A stretch of DNA of 64,000 bases, taken from an uncultured Chitinophagaceae bacterium. Its GTDB lineage: Bacteria > Bacteroidota > Bacteroidia > Chitinophagales > Chitinophagaceae. Positions 27,522 to 36,950 of this stretch are shown piece after piece. Below the pieces are notes generated by a model, which saw nothing but the letters and a program-made list of their open reading frames with translations, was not told where the DNA came from and ran no database searches. The stretch lies in assembly GCA_963705005.1 (NCBI GenBank), contig CAVPIO010000001.1, positions 317,752 to 381,751 on the forward strand. The letters run 5' to 3'. A program made the translations under genes and the position numbers. Position 1 is the stretch's first letter. Every line of letters begins with the position of its first letter.

Positions 27522-28247
27522 ATGGATAAAACTTCATTGGAAATCTGTTGTTTCAACCTGGAATCGGCCCTGATAGCAGCAGATACAGGTGCTGACAGAG
27601 TTGAACTCTGCGCTGACCCGACGGGCGGAGGAACAACACCGCCGTTGGGGCTGGTCAGGGTAGTAAGAAAGAAAATCTCCATCGAACTATATCCGATTAT
27701 CCGTATCCGCGGCGGTGATTTTTTATTTTCAGAAGAAGAGTTCGAGGTCATGTTGCATGATATTGAATTATGCAAATCCGCCGGATGCGACGGTGTGGTG
27801 ATCGGCATGCTATTATCTGACGGGCGTGTAGATAGGTTTCATTCAGCCATCCTCGTTGAAAAAGCATATCCGATGGGAGTTACCTTTCATCGAGCATTCG
27901 ACTGGACGCGCAATCCGTTTGAATCCCTTGAAGACATAATCGATATTGGCTGTGAACGGATACTCACTTCGGGCCAGCAGCCAACTGCGATCCTGGGCGC
28001 TGGTCTGATAAAAGACCTGGTGAAGAAGTCAGCAGGGCGGATCATTATAATGCCCGGGTCGGGTGTTCGGGCATCAAATATCGCTGATCTGAAATGGGAG
28101 ACCGGCGCGCAGGAATTCCACAGCTCGGCACGCATCAGTAAAAGATCCGCGATGGATTTTGTTCAGCGATCCATGCAGGAAGAGCAGGAAAATATATTGG
28201 CAAACCGCCAGGAAATTGAGAAAATGATCATTCGATTGCATGGCTGA
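27522..28247 (+). CDS. cutC: Copper homeostasis protein CutC family
   Basis: It has LEICCFNLESALIAADTGADRVELC and HRAFD motifs. The start was moved to ATG 27522, 3 nt after the upstream stop; the ORF-track start is a TTG. Confidence 0.85.
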   Translation: MDKTSLEICCFNLESALIAADTGADRVELCADPTGGGTTPPLGLVRVVRKKISIELYPIIRIRGGDFLFSEEEFEVMLHDIELCKSAGCDGVVIGMLLSDGRVDRFHSAILVEKAYPMGVTFHRAFDWTRNPFESLEDIIDIGCERILTSGQQPTAILGAGLIKDLVKKSAGRIIIMPGSGVRASNIADLKWETGAQEFHSSARISKRSAMDFVQRSMQEEQENILANRQEIEKMIIRLHG

Positions 28248-28255
28248 ACCGATGC

Positions 28256-29746
28256 CTACTCCACCTTCGAAATTTTCAGGAGGTTAGTGGGTAAATGCAG
28301 GTTCACCGGAAGACTGCCGGTATTTATAATCACATCCCCTTTTTTTATGAATCCCCTTTGTTTGAGAATTTCAGTCAGATCTCCGATGATGTCATCAATG
28401 CTTTCTTCTTCGGCATAATGAAAAGCACGAACACCCCAGCTGAGGCTCAGTTGATTGATCAGGGTTTTTTCTTTGGAAAAAATATATAGCGGGGATTTAG
28501 GCCGGTAGCTGGACAACATAAATCCTGTATATCCACCTTGCGTCATGCCGATCAGGGCATCAGCATGCGTATCTTTTGCCAATTTGCAGGCATTGTAGCA
28601 AATGGCATCGCTAAGAAAAGAAGGAGAATGTGGTTGTGGCGCCAGTTCATCTTCCCGGTTATAATTGTAATCGGTTCTTTCCACTTCCATGATAATCTTG
28701 CGCATAGTTTCAACGACCAGGGTAGGATAGTTTCCTGTAGCAGTTTCTGCGCTGAGCATGACAGCATCTGCCCCTTCGAGCACAGCATTAGCAACATCAG
28801 TGATCTCGCTGCGGTTAGGTTTGGTCCTGTCGATCATACTTTCCATCATCTGCGTCGCAACGATGACCGGTTTTGCACGGTGAATGGACTTCCGGATGAT
28901 CTGTTTCTGGATAAGCGGAACCTGCTCTACCGGAAGTTCCACGCCCAGATCACCTCTCGCAACCATGATACCATCTGATTCCAGGATGATCTCGCGCAGG
29001 TTCGTAAGCGCTTCCGGCATTTCTATTTTTGCAATGATCTTGGTCTTGCTCTTTTTCTTGTTGAGTTTCTCCCGAAGCCCTACGATATCATCCACCTTTC
29101 TCACAAAAGAAAGCGCTACCCAGTCAAGTTGCTGTTCAATAATAAACTCAAGATCCTTTTCATCTTTTTCTGTAATTGCCGGAAGCGAGATTTTCGTATC
29201 CGGCAGGTTGACGCCCTTCTTGGAAGAAATGATGCCGCCCAGGGTCACTTGCACCTTCACATCATTATTCGGTTCTATGCTTACAACTTTCACCTCGAGC
29301 TTACCATCATCAATCATTATCGTGTTGCCGATTTTCACGTCGAGATGAAGATTGGGATAAGAAACATAGATCCGATCCTTATTACCGACCAGTTTCGTAT
29401 TCGTGAACGTGAGCATCTCGCCTTCACTTACCTGCATGCTTCCGCCTTCAATTTCACCAACCCTGAGCTTCGGTCCCTGAAGATCGCCCAGGATAGCAAT
29501 ATTGAATGGTTCATCGGTATTGATCTTTCGTATGTGTTGAATGATCTTTGTTTTGTCCTCATGACTTCCATGGGAGAAATTCAACCTGAATACATTTACC
29601 CCCGCCCGGACAAGGGAAAGCAGCTTATCGTATGTGTCGCAGGCCGGACCGACGGTCGCTACAATCTTGGTCCGGTGAAACGTATGTTCCAGCCCGGCCT
29701 GCTTGTCCATCTGTCCGTAAATGTATTTGTCGATGTTTCTTGACAT
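28256..29746 (-). CDS. pyk: Pyruvate kinase
   Basis: Motifs TKIVATVGPA, FRLNFSHG, MVARGDLGVE and MLSAETA are present, with a C-terminal regulatory domain. Confidence 0.95.
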   Translation of the reverse strand: MSRNIDKYIYGQMDKQAGLEHTFHRTKIVATVGPACDTYDKLLSLVRAGVNVFRLNFSHGSHEDKTKIIQHIRKINTDEPFNIAILGDLQGPKLRVGEIEGGSMQVSEGEMLTFTNTKLVGNKDRIYVSYPNLHLDVKIGNTIMIDDGKLEVKVVSIEPNNDVKVQVTLGGIISSKKGVNLPDTKISLPAITEKDEKDLEFIIEQQLDWVALSFVRKVDDIVGLREKLNKKKSKTKIIAKIEMPEALTNLREIILESDGIMVARGDLGVELPVEQVPLIQKQIIRKSIHRAKPVIVATQMMESMIDRTKPNRSEITDVANAVLEGADAVMLSAETATGNYPTLVVETMRKIIMEVERTDYNYNREDELAPQPHSPSFLSDAICYNACKLAKDTHADALIGMTQGGYTGFMLSSYRPKSPLYIFSKEKTLINQLSLSWGVRAFHYAEEESIDDIIGDLTEILKQRGFIKKGDVIINTGSLPVNLHLPTNLLKISKVE

Positions 29747-29768
29747 GATTTATTATGTTGATTGTTCA

Positions 29769-29861
29769 TTAAATTAAAAAGTAAAAATTAAAAATTAAAA
29801 AATGGAGGCTTCAATTTTTACTTTTTACTTTTTACTTTTTAATTTTTACTTTTTGATTTAA
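29769..29861. repeat. Heptamer-arm inverted repeat, KTAAAAA family, copy 3 (between pfkA and pyk)
   Basis: 29769-29801 pairs with 29829-29861 over 33 positions with one G-T and one mismatch. The left arm has 4 heptamers (TTAAAAA GTAAAAA TTAAAAA TTAAAAA). The right arm has 6 (TTTTTAC x3, TTTTTAA, TTTTTAC, TTTTTGA). The pfkA TAA lies in the outer ATTTAA. Confidence 0.9.
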
Positions 29862-30841
29862 GACGCTAAAATCTTTATTATCCTCAGCCAATCGTCACTG
29901 ATTTTCTGCTTGGCCTTCACCGCTTTTTCCAATGGCGTAAAATGCATTTTATTATTCACGATCCCTACCATTACATTGAATTTTCCTTCAAGCAAACATT
30001 CCACGGCGGAGTAACCCATGCGGCTGGCAATCACGCGGTCGATACAGGAAGGTGAACCGCCGCGCTGTATGTGGCCCAGAATGCAGACTTTGGTATCGAT
30101 GTTGGGAAGCCTTTGCTTCACTACTTTCGCTACTTCTTCAGCACCTCCGTAATTATCCCCTTCGGCGACGACGACGAGATTAACCAGCTTTTTCCTTTTT
30201 TCCTTCTCCTGGAGTGAGCTGATCAATTCTTCGATATCGGTTTTTCTTTCAGGAATGAGAATGTTCTCCGCACCCGTGGCGATTCCGCTATGAAGTGCAA
30301 TATAACCTGCATCCCTGCCCATCACTTCGATCACAAAGAGACGATCGTGTGCATCGGCCGTATCTCTTATTTTATCAATGGCCTCCACGGCTGTATTGAC
30401 CGCCGTGTCGAAGCCGATGGTAAAATCCGTGCCGGCAATGTCTTTATCAATCGTACCGGGTAGTCCGATGCAGGGTATCTGAAATTCGGTGCTGAATTTA
30501 TGCGCTCCCCGGAATGAACCGTCCCCGCCGATAATGATGAGCCCGTTAATACCCAGTTTTTTGAGACTTCCGAATGCGCGGGAACGACCTTCATATTCAA
30601 AGAATTCCTTGCACCGTGCAGTTTTTAAAATGGTACCCCCACGCTGTATGATGTTGGCAACGCTTCGGGAATGAAGGGGAACAATGTCGTTTTCAATCAT
30701 TCCGCTGTAGCCCCGCATGATTCCATAAACCTCCAATCCGTAATAAATCCCTGTGCGAACAACTGCACGAACGGCGGCATTCATTCCAGGCGCATCACCC
30801 CCGGAAGTGAGTACCCCTATTTTTGATACTTTTTGTTGCAT
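29858..30841 (-). CDS. pfkA: ATP-dependent 6-phosphofructokinase
   Basis: Motifs GVLTSGGDAPGMNAA, IGGDGS, GLPGTIDKD and MGRDAG are present in a 327-aa ORF. Confidence 0.95.
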   Translation of the reverse strand: MQQKVSKIGVLTSGGDAPGMNAAVRAVVRTGIYYGLEVYGIMRGYSGMIENDIVPLHSRSVANIIQRGGTILKTARCKEFFEYEGRSRAFGSLKKLGINGLIIIGGDGSFRGAHKFSTEFQIPCIGLPGTIDKDIAGTDFTIGFDTAVNTAVEAIDKIRDTADAHDRLFVIEVMGRDAGYIALHSGIATGAENILIPERKTDIEELISSLQEKEKRKKLVNLVVVAEGDNYGGAEEVAKVVKQRLPNIDTKVCILGHIQRGGSPSCIDRVIASRMGYSAVECLLEGKFNVMVGIVNNKMHFTPLEKAVKAKQKISDDWLRIIKILAS

Positions 30842-31057
30842 TAACTAGTAAAGGGTTGTATTCGTTGCATCAGTTTTAACTAAATGGCTAAATTTTTTGA
30901 AATTCTTTAGTCTTTCCAAAACAAGTCCCAAAAATAAGCATTTTGAATGGAAACAGAACGCTGATCGCCTCTTATATAACAGAAAGCCGCAAAACAACGG
31001 ATCACCCATCAGATTATTTTCCGGATATAAAAATTCATTATATATTTTCGGTGAGTA

Positions 31058-31942
31058 ATGAAAATATTGATCACGGGGTCCAATGGTCTGCTGGGCCAGA
31101 ATCTGATACAACAGCTTGCAGGCATGAATCATCGGGTGATTGCAACCGGACGGGGTCCTCAAAGAATTTCTCAGCACGCCGGCATAAACTATGTCGATCT
31201 GGACATAACCCGGACGCAGCAGACGCGAAAATTTATTCGGCAACATGCACCGGATATATTGATTCACTGCGCCGCTATGACGCAGGTGGATGATTGCGAA
31301 CGGGATCAGGAAGGGAGCTTGCTCGTGAATGTTCTTGCCACGGAAACAATGTTGGACGCCTGCTCGGGTGGAAATACCCATTTTATTTTTCTTTCTACTG
31401 ATTTTGTATTTGATGGTATAAAAGGAAATTACTGCGAGGAAGATCCTGTAAATCCGGTTAACTGGTATGGAGAGACCAAGGCGCTTGCAGAAAAAAAGGT
31501 TGCTGAATATTCCGGTGCCTGGGCCATTGCCCGCACCTGTCTGCTTTATGGCGTGCCCATTCATGGATCCAGGCAGAATATCATTTCATGGGTAAAATCT
31601 GCGCTCGAAAAAGGTGAACATATCCGGATGGTGAACGACCAGGTGCGCACACCGACGAATGTACGGGACTTTGCAACCGGGATCCGTCTTATCCTCGAAA
31701 AAGGGGCACGGGGTCATTTTCATTTGTCAGGAATGGAAATCATGACCCCATATGAGCTGGCTATTGCCGTTGCTGATTATTTTTCCTTTGATAGAAATCT
31801 GATTGATGCTGTTGATGCAAATTCTTTTTCACAATTGGGAAAGCGGCCCCTGAAGACCGGCTTCAACATCAGCAAAGCCCGGCAGGAGTTAGGCTTTTCA
31901 CCTTGCAGTTTGCAATCGGGCCTGGAAGAATCCTTTAAATAA
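31058..31942 (+). CDS. NAD(P)-dependent epimerase/reductase of the RmlD (dTDP-4-dehydrorhamnose reductase) type
   Basis: It has the Rossmann motif MKILITGSNGLLGQNL, a YGETK catalytic motif, and the length and layout of RmlD-like SDRs. Confidence 0.75.
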   Translation: MKILITGSNGLLGQNLIQQLAGMNHRVIATGRGPQRISQHAGINYVDLDITRTQQTRKFIRQHAPDILIHCAAMTQVDDCERDQEGSLLVNVLATETMLDACSGGNTHFIFLSTDFVFDGIKGNYCEEDPVNPVNWYGETKALAEKKVAEYSGAWAIARTCLLYGVPIHGSRQNIISWVKSALEKGEHIRMVNDQVRTPTNVRDFATGIRLILEKGARGHFHLSGMEIMTPYELAIAVADYFSFDRNLIDAVDANSFSQLGKRPLKTGFNISKARQELGFSPCSLQSGLEESFK

Positions 31943-31947
31943 AGTTG

Positions 31948-34368
31948 TTATTCATCACGCAAGCTCGTGGTTGGATTTCCTAGTGCCGCATTAATTGTTA
32001 ACCAGGCTGTGGTAGTGAGGGCAATTAAAACCATCGAAAATACAGGCAATACAAATTGCTGACCGTTTAAATGAACCCTGAAAGCATAACCGTTTAGCCA
32101 TTGTCTGATCATTATGTAGGCCAGGGGGATGGCAATAATACTACACAGAAGGATCAGCTTAATGGTGTCCCAGATTAGTAAGGCAATGATGTCCTTAACG
32201 GATGCTCCCAATACTTTTCGCACACCTATTTCTTTTGTTCGGCGGGCGGTTGAATAGGCGGTTAATCCAAACAGTCCCATGCAGGCAATAAATATTGCCA
32301 AAGAAGAGAAAAGCATGAAGTTGTGACTGAACTGTATTTCCTGCTGATACTGACGGTTGTAAAAATCGTTCAGGAAGAAGAAATCAAAAGACGATTCAGG
32401 AAAAAAGTTGTTCCAGATGTTTTTGAAATCATTGATCTTATCATGGATCTGCGTGGTGGTCAGTTTTACGGAAAAATAATCTGTCGGAATCCAGGAAAAA
32501 TCAGGATCCATAAACAGGATGAGGGGAGTATAATTTTTCTGCAGGGATTGCTGGTGATAATTTTTTATTACTCCGATAATTTCATCCGGGTGCCTGTCAA
32601 GTGTTTCAAGCCACACTTTTTGGCCAATGGCCGACCCGGGCGATTTATAACCCAATTGATTCACGGCTGCTTCATTCAGGATTAGGCAGGTCGAATCCGA
32701 CGGGCGGCTTTTATCAAAATCCCTTCCGGCAACAACTTCCAATTTGTAGGCCCTGATGAAGTCATGATCCACTTTCAGCATTTCATAAGTGCGTTCTTCT
32801 TCCCGAGAGGCGCCATATCGCCTGTTTGCCAGGGCCTGCCCCACTTCTTTGCCCGGTATCGCTCCGGATGCCGTAACCATGCTAACTCCCGGAACGGCAA
32901 GCAAAGCGTTTTTCAATCCTTGTATTTTTTGGGCGTAGCCGGGCGTATTCACCGGACTTTTAATGGCAATTGTCTGACTGATGCTAATACCGGGATTTTG
33001 GCTGCTCATATAATTAATCTGCCTGCTGATGGCAATTGTACCGGTTATCAAAAGCAATGAAGCGATAAATTGAAAAGCGACCATGCTTTTGCGCAACATC
33101 GTGCCCTTTTTTGAAAAAGAAAAGCGACCCTTCAATACTGCAACGGGCTTTAACTTTACAAGAGCCAAAGCCGGATATATCCCTGAAAGCAGAAAGGCAA
33201 ACAATAATATACAGCCTGTATGGAAATATAAATCCTTATCGAATAAAAGACCTTTTGAGCCATAGCTATTTAAAAATGGAGGCAGCCATGTACAGGAGGC
33301 AATAACGAGAAGAATGCCAAGCGACAATGCGATCAGGTTGATGATGAATGACTCCAGCAGGAACTGGGAAACAAGTTGCAACGGAAGAGCGCCGCTTACT
33401 TTTCTGATGCCTACTTCCCGCGCCCGGTCAATTGATTTGGTAGTTGTGAGGTTAATATAATTTACGCAGGCAATGATGAGTATTATATAAGCCATCATGC
33501 TTAGGAAATTGACAGCAGTGCGGCTGCCCTTTACCTCTATTTCATTTGGCTTAGCCGGATTAAGATGGATATCCGTAAGAGGAACAAGATGAATGGCCCA
33601 CTTCAATTCTTTGAGTGCGGGGCCTGTTTTATATCGTTCCGCAAGAGATGGAAATTGAGCCTCCAGATTCTGCACACTGGCTCCAGGCTTGAGTTTTACG
33701 AAAGTGTAGCTTTCATGCTGATACCAGAAATCCTTAAAGAATGCAGGATTCGTAGCCCAGGACATGAGAAAATTGAATTGCATCGTGGAATTGGCAGGCA
33801 TATCTTTAAAGACCCCGGTAACTGCACAATGATAACTGTCTTCCTGTGTATTAATTTCCAGGAACTTTCCAATGGGATCGGCATTGCCAAAGTATTTCTT
33901 TGCAGCCGATTCAGATATTACAATCGTATTTACTTCTTCCAGTGCTTTCAGCGGATCCCCCTTGATCAGGGGATAAGAGAAGAATGAAAGGAAATTACTG
34001 TCAGCAAAACAAACATGTTCTTCCCTGTATTTGGTTTGCCTGTACCTGACGACGCGTTCTGAATTATGCCAGTCAATACGGGCAAAAGAAGCCATTTCAG
34101 GGAGGTTGCCCATCATGGCGCGGGCGTACCCGTTCGTGCTGGTGGCCCAGTCATCTGTTAATTGACCTCCTTTGTAAAACTGACTTTCTACCCGGTAAAT
34201 CGTGCCACCCGCTCCAGGCATCCGGTCATAGCTTTTTTCGAAGTGAACATAGGCACTGACAAGAATAAACGCTGCGATACCTAAGGTTAGTCCGACAATA
34301 TTAATGAAGCTGTAAGCTTTGTTCTTGATGAGGTTGCGGTAAGTAACCAGCAGGATATTCCGAAACAT
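31948..34368 (-). CDS. FtsX/MacB-like ABC transporter permease (duplicated FtsX domain, 806 aa)
   Basis: It has two FtsX-type 4-TM modules, each preceded by a large extracytoplasmic domain (REVGIRKVSGA, KEIGVRKVLGAS). Confidence 0.85.
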   Translation of the reverse strand: MFRNILLVTYRNLIKNKAYSFINIVGLTLGIAAFILVSAYVHFEKSYDRMPGAGGTIYRVESQFYKGGQLTDDWATSTNGYARAMMGNLPEMASFARIDWHNSERVVRYRQTKYREEHVCFADSNFLSFFSYPLIKGDPLKALEEVNTIVISESAAKKYFGNADPIGKFLEINTQEDSYHCAVTGVFKDMPANSTMQFNFLMSWATNPAFFKDFWYQHESYTFVKLKPGASVQNLEAQFPSLAERYKTGPALKELKWAIHLVPLTDIHLNPAKPNEIEVKGSRTAVNFLSMMAYIILIIACVNYINLTTTKSIDRAREVGIRKVSGALPLQLVSQFLLESFIINLIALSLGILLVIASCTWLPPFLNSYGSKGLLFDKDLYFHTGCILLFAFLLSGIYPALALVKLKPVAVLKGRFSFSKKGTMLRKSMVAFQFIASLLLITGTIAISRQINYMSSQNPGISISQTIAIKSPVNTPGYAQKIQGLKNALLAVPGVSMVTASGAIPGKEVGQALANRRYGASREEERTYEMLKVDHDFIRAYKLEVVAGRDFDKSRPSDSTCLILNEAAVNQLGYKSPGSAIGQKVWLETLDRHPDEIIGVIKNYHQQSLQKNYTPLILFMDPDFSWIPTDYFSVKLTTTQIHDKINDFKNIWNNFFPESSFDFFFLNDFYNRQYQQEIQFSHNFMLFSSLAIFIACMGLFGLTAYSTARRTKEIGVRKVLGASVKDIIALLIWDTIKLILLCSIIAIPLAYIMIRQWLNGYAFRVHLNGQQFVLPVFSMVLIALTTTAWLTINAALGNPTTSLRDE

Positions 34369-34480
34369 GGTTGATCAAAAAATTAGGAAAATCAAATTGA
34401 AAACCTGATAATGGCGCAAACTTAAGCTTTTGAAAAATGAATTACATTGCGATGAAAGGATATATTCTTTCATTCTCAAA

Positions 34481-35386
34481 TTACCCCAAATGCACCTCTG
34501 CAATCATGCAGCGCGCACTTCCGCCGCCGTTGGTTTCAATAGTCTGAAGAGAGGAATGCAATAACTTGTTGTAGGAAGATAACATATCAATCTGTTCCCC
34601 GGTCAGCGCTTCGTAAGCAGCAGTTGACATCACCAGAAACTTTTCTCCCCGGGCATTTTCCACCTGAAGCATGTTTCCTGCAAAATGATTCATTTGCTCC
34701 AGGCTGATGGGAATAATTTCCTTGCCTGTTTTTCCAATGGCTTCCAGCACTGATTTTTTTTCCAGGGGATCCCGGATCGAATCCAGGCAAATTACAACGT
34801 AGCGATCGGCGACACACATCATCACATTCGTATGATAAATGTCCTGGCCCATTTCATCCATGGCATGAAAAACACACGAATTGTAATTCATTTGCCTGCA
34901 AAAATCTTCCAGCACTTCCGGATCAGTTCGGGGCGATATACAGGCATATGCTATGCGGCCTTCTCTGTCAAGCACCATACTGCCTGTTCCTTCAAGAAAC
35001 TGATTTTGAAATTCGTAATGGGTCAGGTCAATCCGGCGAGCAATCTTAAATTTCCTGCGGATGGTATTGATGACAGCTTCTTTTCTCTCTGAGCGCCTGT
35101 TTGGCGCATACATGGGGTAAAGGCAAATCGTATGCTGGTCATGGAAAGAAATCCAGTTATTCGGGAAAATGGCATCGGGTGTATGGGGTGTGAAGCTATC
35201 CTGCACTACAATCACATCCACTCCATTGGACCGGAGGAGGTCCACCAGTTTGTCAAATTCTTTCAAAGCATTTTCCTGCACGCCCTCCTGATCCCTTTTG
35301 ATCTGGAATGCATTATTAACTGCGGTTTGTTCATTGTAGCCGAAATGTGCCGGCCTGATCATAAGTAAATGGGAAGTGGTTTGCAT
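34481..35386 (-). CDS. Amidinotransferase-fold enzyme, citrulline-utilisation hydrolase (CtlX)-like
   Basis: This is a 301-aa ORF of the guanidino-group-modifying superfamily. The C-terminal motif is GGGSARCMIAEV, with a Cys nucleophile. Confidence 0.7.
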   Translation of the reverse strand: MQTTSHLLMIRPAHFGYNEQTAVNNAFQIKRDQEGVQENALKEFDKLVDLLRSNGVDVIVVQDSFTPHTPDAIFPNNWISFHDQHTICLYPMYAPNRRSERKEAVINTIRRKFKIARRIDLTHYEFQNQFLEGTGSMVLDREGRIAYACISPRTDPEVLEDFCRQMNYNSCVFHAMDEMGQDIYHTNVMMCVADRYVVICLDSIRDPLEKKSVLEAIGKTGKEIIPISLEQMNHFAGNMLQVENARGEKFLVMSTAAYEALTGEQIDMLSSYNKLLHSSLQTIETNGGGSARCMIAEVHLG

Positions 35387-35394
35387 GGATTCAT

Positions 35395-36840
35395 TTATAC
35401 GTCATCGCGAAGCAGTGGCATACTCATGCAGTGAAAACCGCCGCGGGCGCGGGAAAGTTCTGCCGAGGGCATCAGGATCAGGGTATCATTAATATCCTCG
35501 GCCTTCACAGTTCCGTTCTCCATCTGCTGAATCAGGTCAGCAGCATGGATGATCTCAAAACCGTTTTCTTTAAATGCTTCAACTGTTTTGTCATTGCGAT
35601 CATATCCCAATACAACGCCTTCCTTCAGGGCAAGAAGGTTACAGGAGTCTGTCCATTGTTCACGCGCATCAAAAGGGAATTCATTATTTCCGGAATAAAT
35701 AAATTTCACTTTGCCTGAACATTCCATATCCTCTTTGCTGATATCGTTCAAAAGGTCTTCGAGATTGTCGAAATAAGAAGGGTTTTCCATATCCTTTTTA
35801 CGGAACTGGATAATTTTCATTTTTTCGTCTTTTTTCGTTCCTTCCAGCACACGCTGTACCGGATCCTCATTCTCGTGTTTCATTGATTTTTTGGAGAATA
35901 CACCCAGCATTACCCAGGCGTCCCGCCTGACCTGAGTGAACACCGTATCAATATGCATATAGTCCCTTTTTTTCGGAATACGGATAACGGTTATCTTCTT
36001 CACCACATTTTTCTCAAAAAGCAGGTTGATGGCCTGGTGGGCGGCTTCCATGGTCGTCCGTTCACTAACGCCGATTAGCAAATGATCTTTTGTAACCACC
36101 ATTACATCGCCGCCTTCCAGGGTAACTTTCTTATCATCGGCTTCCCTGGGCAATAAAAAATGGTGGTAACCGTCGTTCAGCTCCAGGATATTTTGCTGGC
36201 AGGATTGAAAATAGGGGTGGTTGAAAAAAATGTATTTGGCCAGCAGGGCTTCCCGTGTGCGCGCTTTCTTTGCAGGTTTATTCAGTAATACAAATTCATT
36301 GACGACGATACCGATATCCCGGGTAAAAATAAAATTCGGAATGGGTGCAAAAAGCATTCGATCGCTTTGGAGTGTGCCGGTAATAAAGGCTTTTGCCAGT
36401 GCTATGGGATCCAGCTCCAGTAATTCTTTTTGTGTATCGTAAGAACAATTCTCAATGGCACATACCGAAGCGGCCAGCTTTAGCCTGATCTCGACGTCTT
36501 CCAGGATCTCGGCCAGCAGCCATTGCAATTCAATAACTTTATCTGACCTGAAAAAATCCGGGTGTTCAGGCTTATAAAAGTTCCTTTTATTTTTTTCTGA
36601 ATCGATTGTTTGTAATTTCCCGCGGATGGTTTCAGGGTCCAGGAAATAGAGAAGCAGTTTCGTATAGTAATCATATTCTTTCCTCCTGATCGTATCCAGG
36701 TGCACAATATCTTCAAACAGCCAGTCCTGCGCTTTAGATGGTACCACTTTGCCCAGCCCGCTATCCGGACTGTGCACCAGCAGCCGTCTCAGCCGGCCGA
36801 TCTCTGAACTGACGCGGATGGCATTTGTGTGTTTACTCAT
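35395..36840 (-). CDS. Arginine deiminase family protein (long, about 481 aa)
   Basis: It has SEIGRLRRLLVHSP at the N-terminus and GGFHCMSMPL (catalytic Cys) at the C-terminus. The start was moved to ATG 36838-36840. Confidence 0.75.
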   Translation of the reverse strand: MSKHTNAIRVSSEIGRLRRLLVHSPDSGLGKVVPSKAQDWLFEDIVHLDTIRRKEYDYYTKLLLYFLDPETIRGKLQTIDSEKNKRNFYKPEHPDFFRSDKVIELQWLLAEILEDVEIRLKLAASVCAIENCSYDTQKELLELDPIALAKAFITGTLQSDRMLFAPIPNFIFTRDIGIVVNEFVLLNKPAKKARTREALLAKYIFFNHPYFQSCQQNILELNDGYHHFLLPREADDKKVTLEGGDVMVVTKDHLLIGVSERTTMEAAHQAINLLFEKNVVKKITVIRIPKKRDYMHIDTVFTQVRRDAWVMLGVFSKKSMKHENEDPVQRVLEGTKKDEKMKIIQFRKKDMENPSYFDNLEDLLNDISKEDMECSGKVKFIYSGNNEFPFDAREQWTDSCNLLALKEGVVLGYDRNDKTVEAFKENGFEIIHAADLIQQMENGTVKAEDINDTLILMPSAELSRARGGFHCMSMPLLRDDV

Positions 36841-36922
36841 ATGTTTACCAGAATGCACAAAGTTAACTAAACCCTTTCCGGGTTCAAAACCTAACGGTTG
36901 TTAGTTTTTGAACTTATTCAGC

Positions 36923-36930
36923 TATTTTTG
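36923..36930 (+). promoter_or_regulatory. Candidate -7 promoter box TATTTTTG upstream of the acyl-CoA dehydrogenase gene
   Basis: It matches TAnnTTTG 20 nt upstream of ATG 36951. A TTTG lies about 13 nt further upstream (36907-36910), which could be the -33 element. Confidence 0.4.
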
Positions 36931-36950
36931 CGCACAGCATTTATCGGGCT

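Noticed and set aside
28538-29743. Plus-strand ORFs 28538-28978, 28884-29348 and 29129-29743
   Set aside because: All are antisense shadow ORFs inside pyruvate kinase.
29769-29861. Heptamer arrays as possible CRISPR-like or other spacer-containing repeats
   Set aside because: The repeat unit is only 7 nt, the units are contiguous without spacers, and the two halves are reverse complements. These are hairpins, not CRISPR arrays.
30845-31564. 239-aa ORF on the minus strand
   Set aside because: It is antisense to and overlaps the well-supported RmlD-like gene (31058-31942). Its translation is low-complexity with no recognisable motifs.
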